From: a virus
Lineage: Duplodnaviria > Caudoviricetes
DNA: 64,000 bases
IMG/VR virus record: IMGVR_UViG_3300031993_006627
Span: 1 to 64,000 of that record
Strand: one strand, 5' to 3'
Below the pieces are notes generated by a model that saw only the letters and a list, made by a program, of their open reading frames with translations, ran no database searches and was not told where the DNA came from. Shown here in pieces: positions 49,201 through 58,509 of the stretch. The translations under genes were made by a program, and so were the position numbers. Position 1 is the first letter of the stretch, and each line of letters opens with the position of its first letter.

Positions 49201-50381
49201 GTGCTAAATATCTTGGTACTGTTCTCTCGGCTACTACTGGTGAAACTGGTGCTAATAGGTTCGCAAAGATTGACAGTGGCGCGGTTGCTGTTGTGGATGG
49301 GGCTGTGAATGCTGTAAACAAGCAGATTATCACACACGATTACGAGCCTATTATTGGTGGTACTTTCTCATTGACTTCAGCTACCGTAAATGAAGCTACT
49401 AAGACCGTAGCTATTCAGTCTGGTGGTGCTATAAGTGTTGATGATATTCGTGGTGGAAACGATAGTATTATTGACCTTAATGAGAAATTGTTTGCTAAGT
49501 TTGCTAGTAGATCTGCTAGTATAAGTGGCTTTACTATAACTAATGGTGGTCAATCAGGTAATGGTGGTGGGGTTATACAATTTAGCGGTTCAGATAAGCA
49601 ACTTAATATTAGTAATTGTTCTTTCACAAATAATTATACTGGTGGCACTTATACTCTTAATGTCATTGACAATGAAGCTGGTACAGTAATGATAACTGAT
49701 TGTTACTTCGGTTCTCAAAAGAATAGCAATAGAATCATTAAAACTAGAGCTGCAGGGACTACCATTATCGAAGGTTCTACTATCTATGGATTCGTAACTT
49801 TTGTAGGTGGTCCAGGAGGTTCTTATGTATTATCTGGTTATAATTATTTCAATGGATCACTATCAGCTTCCAATTCTAATGCTGGTACTGTAACACTCAC
49901 CAGCGGCGCTGTCCTCGACCTCACGGGCAACGCGACCGTCACACCTATTGCTCCTGGTGTCGGCGTTACGTTCGAGGCTGGCGGTGCAACTGTCTACCCA
50001 TCTGCCGGTTCTGCCTCTGCCTATGTGCTCGGCGGCATGACTGTTCCGCAGATCGGGAACACCAATGTTGTGAACCTGAGTGGCGGTACGGCTATCGTGC
50101 CAGTCAACACACAGGCATACGCCAGCGGAGCCATTTTCAGCAGCGGAAACGTGTTCGTCTCCAGCGGCGGCACACTCACGCTTGGAACTGTCGGGTTGCA
50201 GGAAATTGCGGGGGAAAGCGGCGCAGTCATTATCAGCTCCGGCGCATCGGTCAATCTCACGTCCAGCATTGCTCCCGGCGGCGGAATCACTGTTCTTACT
50301 GGTGGTTGCAAAGTGAACGGCAATACCATCCCTGCCGGAACGTACACCAGCATTGACAGTAATGGTAGTGCCACTGTTTGA
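46293..50381 (+). CDS. Large tail fibre/adhesin with beta-helix repeats (1362 aa)
   Basis: KQDTLTEG N-terminal fibre motif; NCTFQGN and NCSFTNN parallel beta-helix repeats; SSGG repeats. Confidence 0.75.
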   Translation: MSQVYMTAKLNLADGTIIYPQVSLDNIVASISNPTLVSVATTADVSAQMSTKQDTLTEGPGVQILNGSTISFNGTTLDVTTIMETESNGVHLSLDGANVSVVANLAANDSAGVIAGAADGVTLDNGVVKANIGDGLLVEDSQIAIDEATVEQVLQGGTATWTEGAGGWSQSVVLADDKVDTPANLRGALSVGQAVDVSCAPYNNSGSIVYVNDDFLQGFTATMVNGTKVGFYDTTTHRFPKFADGLVYLFIANVSGSGTVTPNGASAVTLSDTPQRIWTKVTAADSGYISASANATMTVTNWRQYEVTALTDEAIAYIASLPDPDQFFRSSTIFQVRDKYLVKQDMVCPWIYTIGMPDNSDLTVAAGLSYKIKYTNDNPHKITVDTIPTDAYGWDTHVQMFIKGTSSIQFQHPLILMDALTPNAGHNLIIKYRNGDALVYVDDTNAGNIVVAATGTTAGTLNYFLQQDPGSGNENYIIFAPATDGLTCDAGTVSVAYNTDILGNGMDKTAISGICTIGYNKVMNLQDLTISGSTINGAGTVNFDNVSLSNVDLSVTVSEYGTVIVPAGSTVTGSGYFLKGKSLIINGTLYKKGAKSHFIDGDGTGVIDGGGSMSDLISLYLSNESYIIKNITVTGGSSSTSGGASWVTDIKDAYFYNCTFQGNTASSASRDFYLKVITGEIVFDGCKFLDEYPIMHTNSCNVLKIVDCTFTAQIRIITTAPSGSTPSYRGKLIFAGTNKINSRICGPSTAASYNYIGCDTYLSAGSVLDFMDYALPVTTAFLTYTSFAEANSLGKYIFVSDDVSVISPGGTTASIDGCRIDGLFVTGMVRNIEDGVVTITGSTANPWKATNVIFASPLDASAASTVKLSGTTFTSGSLISGQPTRIQLPASTTVSLSGNTNAADTKIIQAPIIVVGDDPAAPSGSATVVNAAGTTSTISGIGTYIDKEGDNDFVANNSTNVVPVDNSTTGAKYLGTVLSATTGETGANRFAKIDSGAVAVVDGAVNAVNKQIITHDYEPIIGGTFSLTSATVNEATKTVAIQSGGAISVDDIRGGNDSIIDLNEKLFAKFASRSASISGFTITNGGQSGNGGGVIQFSGSDKQLNISNCSFTNNYTGGTYTLNVIDNEAGTVMITDCYFGSQKNSNRIIKTRAAGTTIIEGSTIYGFVTFVGGPGGSYVLSGYNYFNGSLSASNSNAGTVTLTSGAVLDLTGNATVTPIAPGVGVTFEAGGATVYPSAGSASAYVLGGMTVPQIGNTNVVNLSGGTAIVPVNTQAYASGAIFSSGNVFVSSGGTLTLGTVGLQEIAGESGAVIISSGASVNLTSSIAPGGGITVLTGGCKVNGNTIPAGTYTSIDSNGSATV

Positions 50382-50403
50382 CACATCTGCCAGTACAGAT
50401 ACT

Positions 50404-50437
50404 AGCCCTCCTGGGAGTAATCCTGGGAGGGCTTTTT
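50404..50437 (+). terminator. Intrinsic terminator
   Basis: AGCCCTCCTGG..CTGGGAGGGCT-TTTT. Confidence 0.8.
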
Positions 50438-50489
50438 CATGCTCGTATAGTAAGACAACCGCTAAACCCAAACAGAAAGGATTCCCGCT

Positions 50490-51035
50490 ATGTCAGACAC
50501 TACCCTTGTGCCCAATTCCGTCTACTGCGTCCCGGACACCTTCAACGTCTTCCTTGCGGATGACATCAAACTGGACTTCCCACCGGACAGACTTCATCTG
50601 GGCTTCTGCTACCAGCTGGCAAAGATGCCGGTGATCGCCAGCAGCCTCAAGGACGGCAAGCTCCGTCTGAAAGTGCACGGAGGTGATGGTGATCCCAATT
50701 TCCCTGCAGAGATGCATGGCATGCTCGGCGACTGCTACTGGGCGACCGCAAAGGAGGCTACTGTGGCACTTCTGAAGCGGCGCATTGCAGATGTCCGCAG
50801 AGCATTGGACTCTGTGCTGGAACTGCCTGACATGATTGACAAGCACGAGGGGCTGTTGGATGGCCAGTATGATGAAGAGACCATCAAGTACGATTACACC
50901 ACCGGAGACATGATCATGATTCTCACCACCAGAATTGCCCCGGTACTTGGCTCCTTTGTCAGCGACGTCGCCAAGCTCCTTATCCAGTACCGTCGGCTCC
51001 GCAAGGAAGAGCAGGAGGCCGCCAATGATCGTTAA
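50490..51035 (+). CDS. Hypothetical protein
   Basis: RBS AAAGGA. Confidence 0.7.
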   Translation: MSDTTLVPNSVYCVPDTFNVFLADDIKLDFPPDRLHLGFCYQLAKMPVIASSLKDGKLRLKVHGGDGDPNFPAEMHGMLGDCYWATAKEATVALLKRRIADVRRALDSVLELPDMIDKHEGLLDGQYDEETIKYDYTTGDMIMILTTRIAPVLGSFVSDVAKLLIQYRRLRKEEQEAANDR

Positions 51036-51552
51036 ACCGAGAGCTGTGCCGGCGGATCCCACCAAGGTTTGCAGAACCTGTTCTCACTATGACCCCAATC
51101 TGCATGTATGCTGCGCCAATGATTATGCTATCCACGATGAAGAGGCTAATACTATGTCTTGCAGTGATTGGAATCCGAAGAAGATCTGCATTACCTGTGA
51201 CCACTTCGACCCAGATACGAATCAGTGCTGTTCTGAGGAGTATGACATGTCAGAGGAAGATTCTATGACGAGAACCTGCGAGTCCTGGGAGCAGAGGGAG
51301 GATAAGCAGACAGTCTTCGGCGACACTTCCCTGAATGAGCTGGAGGCGAAAGCCAAGGTCTGGGGACACCAGCAGGAAGCCAAGACTCTTAATCGCGGCG
51401 CCAAGCAGGGCATGACCCTGGAGGCTCTGGACACGGTTTTTGCGATTGCCTGTCAGCAGGTGCCTTCTATGGAGCAGCGCTGGATGGAGCTGAAGGCTGA
51501 AATCAATGTCATGTTTGCCCAGAAGTGGTCAGCGGAGGATATGACGAAATGA
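51025..51552 (+). CDS. Protein with two Cys-rich repeats
   Basis: CxTCxH(Y/F)DP..CC..C..W occurs twice. Confidence 0.7.
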   Translation: MIVKPRAVPADPTKVCRTCSHYDPNLHVCCANDYAIHDEEANTMSCSDWNPKKICITCDHFDPDTNQCCSEEYDMSEEDSMTRTCESWEQREDKQTVFGDTSLNELEAKAKVWGHQQEAKTLNRGAKQGMTLEALDTVFAIACQQVPSMEQRWMELKAEINVMFAQKWSAEDMTK

Positions 51553-51770
51553 ATAACGTCAGCATTGTTCTGTTTGTTCTGTCCGGCATTTTCTTGCTGC
51601 CATTGCTCGGTGCCTGCATTGTTGCCTGGTGCCAGGAAGCACTGCGTTTGTTCCACTATGCGATCAAGACGCACAAGTTCGATGACATCGCGGCTTTTTC
51701 GGTTTACATGTGTGTCAGCCTCGGTCTTCTGGCAGTCATTGTCGCTGCAGTAGACAGATTTCTTCTGTGA
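51549..51770 (+). CDS. Small membrane protein
   Basis: Two hydrophobic segments. Confidence 0.6.
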   Translation: MNNVSIVLFVLSGIFLLPLLGACIVAWCQEALRLFHYAIKTHKFDDIAAFSVYMCVSLGLLAVIVAAVDRFLL

Positions 51771-51778
51771 GGTGCCCT

Positions 51779-52042
51779 ATGACATACGAGAGAGTACTCG
51801 AAATCATTAACCAGGCGGACGAAGTACCTATCTGGGGCTACGCGCTGGATGACACCGGCTGGTACCTGTTTATCCTGGATCGCAACGACGAGGAGTTCCC
51901 GGAGCCGCTGGCGTGGGACATCATGCTGGACGAATACCGGGATGCTCCGGATGCCAGGAAGCGTGCCAAGCGCAAAGCGACCTGGTGGGTGTCCACCGTG
52001 AATCCGCAGGAAACAATCAGACAGAACCACTGGGAGTCATGA
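51779..52042 (+). CDS. Hypothetical protein
   Basis: RBS GAGGT. Confidence 0.6.
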   Translation: MTYERVLEIINQADEVPIWGYALDDTGWYLFILDRNDEEFPEPLAWDIMLDEYRDAPDARKRAKRKATWWVSTVNPQETIRQNHWES

Positions 52043-52043
52043 C

Positions 52044-52310
52044 ATGAGAATCGCCATGTACGTTTTCTTCAGTATCGCTGCTCTTTGTTTCCTCCCATTC
52101 GCCGGCAGTATCATTGTAGGCGCTTGTTACTATTTCAACGAGTGGCGCAAGGAATTCTTCGGGAAAGGCGGATACAAAGATCCACAGCAGGTGATGGATG
52201 CCATCATGTTCATCGGTTGTATGTGTTTCCTTCTCGGCGGCATGACGTGCTGCTTGCAGGAGATTGAAGACAAACCGCAACAGGAAGTGCAACAGGAAGC
52301 GCAGCCATGA
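52044..52310 (+). CDS. Small membrane protein
   Basis: Two TM segments; similar to neighbours. Confidence 0.65.
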   Translation: MRIAMYVFFSIAALCFLPFAGSIIVGACYYFNEWRKEFFGKGGYKDPQQVMDAIMFIGCMCFLLGGMTCCLQEIEDKPQQEVQQEAQP

Positions 52311-52600
52311 CGTTCATCAAGATCCTTGCTCTCATTGGTGCGCTTCTTATGGGTATACCCCTTCTATGTGGCATATGCTATGTGCTCTGGGAGTTTGCCA
52401 AATATGTGCGCAAGATGACATGGTGCGAACGGCTGAACCTTATGTTTCATACAGGCTGGGCTATTTTGATCGCAGCGGCTATGGGCTGGACTTTGATTCG
52501 TATATACGACAGGAAGATTACCGCTGATGCTTCTACAGATACTAAACAAGAAATTCCACCTCAGGTGGAGAATCTCAACCAAGAGGAGCTTCCGAAATGA
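52307..52600 (+). CDS. Small membrane protein
   Basis: Two TM segments. Confidence 0.65.
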   Translation: MTFIKILALIGALLMGIPLLCGICYVLWEFAKYVRKMTWCERLNLMFHTGWAILIAAAMGWTLIRIYDRKITADASTDTKQEIPPQVENLNQEELPK

Positions 52601-53028
52601 AATACTATATCTGGCAAGGGGTTACGTACAAAAACAACCCGCCCAATCCACTGTACACCGAAGATGGCCGGTCCATCAGTCCCGTGGATGACGAAACCTT
52701 CATTGCGAATGGCGGCGAGATCACCGAGGACGCCAAGCCAACCCCGGTGGACGAAGCACATGCGGCCTGGAAGCAGTTCCGTAAGGCGGTCTATGACACC
52801 CAGAAGTTCCTGCATGATCCCACCTACATGGGTGGCTTCGACGAGGACTGGAAGATCGAGCAGTCCGAGTACACTGCGGCTGATCCCACGACCGCACTCA
52901 TGCTGACCACCAGACTCCAGAACGCCAATGCCAAGTGCGTGTATCGTTCCGGTCTCATCGGCCTTGGACAGCCGGAATGGTACTTCGAGTGCTGGAAGCA
53001 CACGGACGAAGACGATCCGGAGGAATAA
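52597..53028 (+). CDS. Hypothetical protein
   Basis: Strong codon bias; ATGA coupling. Confidence 0.7.
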   Translation: MKYYIWQGVTYKNNPPNPLYTEDGRSISPVDDETFIANGGEITEDAKPTPVDEAHAAWKQFRKAVYDTQKFLHDPTYMGGFDEDWKIEQSEYTAADPTTALMLTTRLQNANAKCVYRSGLIGLGQPEWYFECWKHTDEDDPEE

Positions 53029-53031
53029 GCA

Positions 53032-54699
53032 ATGGCTGACGGAAAACAGAGCGATCCGGAATTACAGGAGATTCGCAGGAAGTATAATATCTGGCGTAAG
53101 AGTACAAATCGAATCCCTGTAGACTATAATAGGGAACAAGCTGCCGCTGGCGGCAGCTCTGTTTTTCGTGGCCTGATCAATTACAATGATCCTGTTGATG
53201 TAGCCACAAAAACACGCGCAGATAACATACGTCTTTCCCTGAATAAGTGGCGTGATTACATGAGCCCGGAAAGAGGTAATGCAGGGTACTACGCAAAGCA
53301 CATGGAACTCCCACCGTTCTCCATCAGGATGTTTATGGGTGGCAAACATACTTTGGATTCCCGTACGGATCCGAGTAAGCAGAAACAGGATGTCACACCG
53401 ACGGAGAAGTCTGTCGAAGCTCCAGTCAATGCAGTGCAAGAGAAGACAGCAACGGCTCATAATATGAATATTTGCACGGTAAGAAATGCCATGCAGAAGC
53501 GAGCATTTTTCTCCTTCTGGCCACAGTGGCCGAGCGATCAGGAAGTCGCTGCTGTCTATGGAGAAACGCCGCAACAAGTCGCTGACAGGCAATTTGAAGC
53601 GCAGCATGGTATGACCCGTGGTGTCTGGGATCAGCGCTATCAGGAGGCTTCCCAGAATCTTGACAAATACTTATCCGGACAGCCTTCGGAATCGATCTTC
53701 TCGCCGGGGCACATGATCTATCCAAATGAAGGCCCTGCGCAGATGCGTACCAGAGCCAATATGGAGAATGATCTTCGGACACTCTCGGCAATGAATCCGG
53801 ACGCCTATAACCATTTGATGCGCATTTCCGGAGGCAACCCGACACCTCAACTGCTGAACGACTACATGTTCCGTGCAGTCCCCGGATATAAAGGAGCTTA
53901 CCAGGGCTTTAACATATACGAGTACGGCAACTATACACCAAAGCAAAGAAACCAGATACTCAGTGCCGCAAGGGAGTTGGGAGTTAAGCCGAATCAAATT
54001 GCTGCGGTACGCCTTGGTCAGAGTGGGCTCATCAATGGTTTCCAGACGACAAGCAATCCAGATACACTTCGCCGTCTTGTCCAACTGAAAAACCCACAGG
54101 CTTATAACAACTATATCCTGAGTTACCTGAAGCCCCAATGGGGTGCGAATCCCAGGACGAGGGGGCTTGCGATGCCATCTAATCAGCAGTTTCTTACGGC
54201 GTTTAACAGAAATCAGAATCCTGCATGGCTGTCCAGGGATATGAATGGTATGCACCTTGGCAAACGGCCAAAAGGTGCTGCACCCATGAGCACATTCGGT
54301 ATCAATGGTCAGTACTATGACAAGTACGCTGATGGCAGAATCGTTGCGGTGAATCCCGGCATGGTGAGAGGACGCTCCATGATGAATGGTGGCCACATGA
54401 CTGGAACAAGAGCAGGAAGAGCGCCTGGGTACAACAAGCCGGATTGGTCCACAAGGCCCCAGGGTGATAACTACTGGAACGGCCAGAAGTGGGTCGCGAT
54501 TGATCGCTCCGAACTCGGAAAGCCTGTTACCGCAGAGGAGATGGGATACAGGACAACATCAGCTGGAGGCACGACATCGGATTTTACCCGCTTGCCGCAA
54601 ACGCATTACAAGTTTAAGCCATCTACGACGTCCACGAACGGTACATCCGGAGCTCTGCGCAGGCAGATGAGGAATACGGTGAACAGCCGAATTGCTTGA
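53032..54699 (+). CDS. Hypothetical Gln/Asn/Gly-rich protein, possible internal virion protein
   Basis: 555-aa ORF ending at a terminator. Confidence 0.7.
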   Translation: MADGKQSDPELQEIRRKYNIWRKSTNRIPVDYNREQAAAGGSSVFRGLINYNDPVDVATKTRADNIRLSLNKWRDYMSPERGNAGYYAKHMELPPFSIRMFMGGKHTLDSRTDPSKQKQDVTPTEKSVEAPVNAVQEKTATAHNMNICTVRNAMQKRAFFSFWPQWPSDQEVAAVYGETPQQVADRQFEAQHGMTRGVWDQRYQEASQNLDKYLSGQPSESIFSPGHMIYPNEGPAQMRTRANMENDLRTLSAMNPDAYNHLMRISGGNPTPQLLNDYMFRAVPGYKGAYQGFNIYEYGNYTPKQRNQILSAARELGVKPNQIAAVRLGQSGLINGFQTTSNPDTLRRLVQLKNPQAYNNYILSYLKPQWGANPRTRGLAMPSNQQFLTAFNRNQNPAWLSRDMNGMHLGKRPKGAAPMSTFGINGQYYDKYADGRIVAVNPGMVRGRSMMNGGHMTGTRAGRAPGYNKPDWSTRPQGDNYWNGQKWVAIDRSELGKPVTAEEMGYRTTSAGGTTSDFTRLPQTHYKFKPSTTSTNGTSGALRRQMRNTVNSRIA

Positions 54700-54704
54700 G
54701 GATA

Positions 54705-54729
54705 AGGCCCTGCAATGGGCCTTTCTTTT
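54705..54729 (+). terminator. Intrinsic terminator
   Basis: AGGCCC-tgcaat-GGGCCT-TTCTTTT. Confidence 0.75.
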
Positions 54730-54760
54730 ATTGTAAAGGGAACAACAAAGGAGACACAGC

Positions 54761-57079
54761 ATGGCATACCCGGACTATACCAGTAATTTTGACAGTAAAT
54801 GGAAGGATCAGAGTACGCCATGCAAGTATGATGTGGATAATCCCACGTTCTGTTCCCCGATGTCTGTCCTGTCCGGTCTTGTCAGCGGATTCTGTGAGCG
54901 ACAGGCCGTTGTTAATTCCAGCTTTGTCACCGGAACTACGACATCTCCTGTTACTTCGGACTGGTATGCGGCCACACAGGCAGGCCGTGATACCATTGTA
55001 AACAATGCCGTGCAACATGTTGCGCTACATGATTTGAAGCCGTCCCAAGTCGGTGCAGAGAGCTACAAGGGCCCTGTGGACGCTACGTTCGCTCCAGTGG
55101 ACAAGACTACGGTGACGGATGGTGGTGTTTCCGTTGTTACCACCTATATGACATATATGGATAACCTGATCACTTCTCTGGTCGAGATAGGAAGCTATTG
55201 CACGGATATTTCAGGTGGGACATTTTTCACATCCTTTGACCAGCTCGCTCAGTCCGCTTATGCATCTATCTCCGGAGGTGCTTCTGCACTTGCAAACGTT
55301 CCTGTATATGGTGGTACAAATTATAGCCAGGATTTTATGCCTGCTTTTCCAAAAGAATGGGCAAAAGAGCGCAAGTGGATGCTGGAACAACTGCGATATA
55401 CTGCGGACAATACATCCAGCATGATACAGGGGAATAATACCGAGTTGTCAGGCGCTTCATGGGTGGAGGATTTGACAGTAAGCAGGGCAACGCTATCCCC
55501 GGATATTGCAGTTTCAGGGGGCACGGCTTTCAGCGATGAAATACCGGCGAGTTCCATGATTCTGCAGATAGGGATGCGGGGAAATAACTATGATGATGCC
55601 ACATTATCTCCCAGTACAGCATGTGCTGTTGCCTACGAATACGCAGATACCCAGACAGTACAAACAGTCGGAGAGGGAGTCACTGTAACGCGCGCCGGAT
55701 ATAACGATTTTGTCACATATGACTATAATATTGCGTGGTGTACTGATGATGGCACCTATGAAATACTGGATACAGCTGTCCTGACTGGAACGTCGGCTAC
55801 AGAGGTTGACATTACCGGGACTACCAGTGGTACGAATCTGAGACTCAGCGCCTATCTTAGTCCTCCAAACAGAAGATACAGCGGTGTTTTCTACAGCTCA
55901 TATATGAATGATGCTTCTGTGATCGTAACGGGTACAACTATATTTACAGGACAGAACATGCCAGGCAGTAACCAGGATAATGTGCCAGGCACTATTATAG
56001 TCACATCCGGCGGTACCGCCGTGGTTTCGGCCGGCTCAATGGATCGTGTAATCGTGGAACCGCATGGCAGCTTGGTTATCCAGAGTGGTGCTCGTGTTAC
56101 GAACTGCTGTGTATTGACTGCAGTGGAAGAAGGTCAGACGGTTCGGGGCACTGTGACAGGTCTATACGAGACAACTACCAGTGCAGATACCATCTCATCT
56201 TTACTCATAGATTTCGTTGACATGCACTGTGCCTCTGCCACCTCATGTTACTTTGTCTCATCCGGTGTTCAGTACACATACACGTCTGCCACTGTTGGCG
56301 GCGCCGATTGTATTGTGGTCCTTACAGGAGGAACATGTGTGGTAACTGATGCAGAGTATACAGGGGAAGTCCGTGTCGAATCCGGTGCTTCTGTCCTTAT
56401 TGCAGATAACGGGAAACTGTTGGGCGACTGTGTTGTGTACGAAGGTGGCTATGTTGGTATTACCGGCAGTGATGCGGGTATCGGAGATGTGGATCATGAA
56501 CAAGCCTGCCTCTTTTTACATAGCGGGGCATCCTGCAGGATAAGCCCTCCAACTGATGAATTTGCCTGGGTCAGAACATGCGAAATTCTGAGTGGGGCTA
56601 CGTGTACAATTACATGTAGCGTCGGATTGGCAACTATGTGGGGCGGTGGTAATAACAGAGGACATTTACACGTAGAAGATGGCGCTGTCATACGTGTAGA
56701 GTCTGCCGGCGTAATTCTGAATAAGCCGATAGATATTATGACAGCTTATAAGGGGCAGAGGGATTGTCCTGATATAACATATGTGCAACGATTCTATGAC
56801 CAGGAAATGGTAGCGGGCGAGAACACCCTGCACAGGGGGTGGAATACTTTTGAGCTTTCGCCAAGTGGTACAAGTGCCACGTTATTGACAAGGCGCAGTA
56901 CACCAACCGGTATTACTCCTGTTAAAGAAACCATGTTTGTTGGTACATGTAATAACGCTGACTACAGTCAAGTATATCTGAATGCCGGTTTTCATATATG
57001 CACAATACGAGCCGAAATAGTAGGCGCAGGTACTGTTGATCACTACACCAAATTCAGACTTCGCCAGAACGCGACTTGA
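54761..57079 (+). CDS. Putative tail/adhesin protein with AIDA-like repeats
   Basis: VTSGG, IQSGA, VESGA, LHSGA repeats; Thr/Ser-rich. Confidence 0.7.
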   Translation: MAYPDYTSNFDSKWKDQSTPCKYDVDNPTFCSPMSVLSGLVSGFCERQAVVNSSFVTGTTTSPVTSDWYAATQAGRDTIVNNAVQHVALHDLKPSQVGAESYKGPVDATFAPVDKTTVTDGGVSVVTTYMTYMDNLITSLVEIGSYCTDISGGTFFTSFDQLAQSAYASISGGASALANVPVYGGTNYSQDFMPAFPKEWAKERKWMLEQLRYTADNTSSMIQGNNTELSGASWVEDLTVSRATLSPDIAVSGGTAFSDEIPASSMILQIGMRGNNYDDATLSPSTACAVAYEYADTQTVQTVGEGVTVTRAGYNDFVTYDYNIAWCTDDGTYEILDTAVLTGTSATEVDITGTTSGTNLRLSAYLSPPNRRYSGVFYSSYMNDASVIVTGTTIFTGQNMPGSNQDNVPGTIIVTSGGTAVVSAGSMDRVIVEPHGSLVIQSGARVTNCCVLTAVEEGQTVRGTVTGLYETTTSADTISSLLIDFVDMHCASATSCYFVSSGVQYTYTSATVGGADCIVVLTGGTCVVTDAEYTGEVRVESGASVLIADNGKLLGDCVVYEGGYVGITGSDAGIGDVDHEQACLFLHSGASCRISPPTDEFAWVRTCEILSGATCTITCSVGLATMWGGGNNRGHLHVEDGAVIRVESAGVILNKPIDIMTAYKGQRDCPDITYVQRFYDQEMVAGENTLHRGWNTFELSPSGTSATLLTRRSTPTGITPVKETMFVGTCNNADYSQVYLNAGFHICTIRAEIVGAGTVDHYTKFRLRQNAT

Positions 57080-57108
57080 CCCGCTCTCTTCCATAAGAGG
57101 AATCACCA

Positions 57109-58416
57109 ATGCCAGACTTCGCTCCAGGAATCCCAGACAAGCTCAATAAGGGCAGGCTCATGGATCTGCCGACCGACGTGTTGCTCACGATGGTACGGCA
57201 GCAGCATGACGCCCGGAAGGCCGGCCGGCACACGGATCTGCGCATCGGCAATGAGTCTGGCCTCTTCAGTTGGGCTGTGCCGAAGGATCTTCCCACAGAA
57301 CCCGGCCAGTTCCGTCTGGCGATTCCTACGAGCCTGCACCGATATTCCTACAAGGACTTCGAGGGCGACATCCCGGAGGGCAAATACGGCGCCGGCCATG
57401 TGAGCAAGCAGGAAGAATCCCCTGTGGTTCTCCTGAAGAACACGTCCAGCTATATCGAGTTTACCAGGGGCACCAGCAAGGATTCCCCGGTATACAAGAT
57501 GAAGCGCACCAGCGGTGGCAACTGGATCATCGGTATCAAGGAGCCCCAGGAGCCGGAGTCCGTGGCCGATTACCAGCGTGAGCACTTCAAGTCGGTTCCC
57601 ATTGAGAGCGTCCAGAAGATGATTGATAGCGGCGCGACCATTGCCCCCAAGATCGACGGCTCCTCTGTGTTGGCATATCTGGACAAGCACGGCATCAAGG
57701 TCTATGGCACCCGACCGGACAAGTCGGGGCACAAGCCTGACTACAGCGCACACATCGGCGGTCTTTCTCAGGTGCAGGTGCCGGAGGATCTCGTGGGCAT
57801 GATGCTGCGCGGAGAACTCTACGGTGTGCGTAATGGGCAGGTGATCCCACCTCAGGAACTCTCCGGGTTTCTCAACAGTACCATCCAGAACGCCATTCAG
57901 AAGCGCCAGCGTGGTCTCCGACTTATGGTCGCGGCTCTGGCCGTGAATCGTGGCAAGGATGACTATGGAGCGCCTGTGGGCGACATCGTGCGCCGGCTCC
58001 ACAGTCCTTCTTTTACAGCATTGCAGCCGGTCGGCGGGGAGAAAGCCCGCAGATTGCTCCGGCAGATACTGGCTGGCCGGCATCCGCTCACCCAGGAGGG
58101 CTTAGTGATCCACCAGAAAGACAAGCGGCCGCTGAAGGCGAAGCTCCGTGAGGACTATGATGTGGTAATCCGGGACATCTTCCCGGCGGATACCAAGTCC
58201 GAGCCACGGGCCGGCGGATTCACCTATGCACTCCCTGATCGGCCGGACAAATTGGTCGGTAACGTGGGTACCGGGTTCTCCCATGAACTGCTGCGGGACA
58301 TGCTGCAGCACCCGGAGAAATACGTTGGCCGGCTGGCCCGCATCCATGCTCAGTCTCAATATCCGGACACCGGCGCTTACAGAGCGCCGAGTTTTATCGC
58401 AATGAGGGAAGACTAA
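57109..58416 (+). CDS. LigD-type 3'-phosphoesterase fused to an ATP-dependent DNA ligase
   Basis: PE domain: QHDA..HTDLR..SWAVPK..RLA..H..Y.DFEG.IP..YGAG. Ligase: KIDG, RGEL, EGLV, KAK, VGTGFS. Confidence 0.88.
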   Translation: MPDFAPGIPDKLNKGRLMDLPTDVLLTMVRQQHDARKAGRHTDLRIGNESGLFSWAVPKDLPTEPGQFRLAIPTSLHRYSYKDFEGDIPEGKYGAGHVSKQEESPVVLLKNTSSYIEFTRGTSKDSPVYKMKRTSGGNWIIGIKEPQEPESVADYQREHFKSVPIESVQKMIDSGATIAPKIDGSSVLAYLDKHGIKVYGTRPDKSGHKPDYSAHIGGLSQVQVPEDLVGMMLRGELYGVRNGQVIPPQELSGFLNSTIQNAIQKRQRGLRLMVAALAVNRGKDDYGAPVGDIVRRLHSPSFTALQPVGGEKARRLLRQILAGRHPLTQEGLVIHQKDKRPLKAKLREDYDVVIRDIFPADTKSEPRAGGFTYALPDRPDKLVGNVGTGFSHELLRDMLQHPEKYVGRLARIHAQSQYPDTGAYRAPSFIAMRED

Positions 58417-58509
58417 TGCGAACTTTGCGCATCGGATTCAAAATTTCGCAGTAGTTACTGTAGTAACGTTTACCGACACTTCTTTTTATAGAACAACAAG
58501 GAGCAACTT

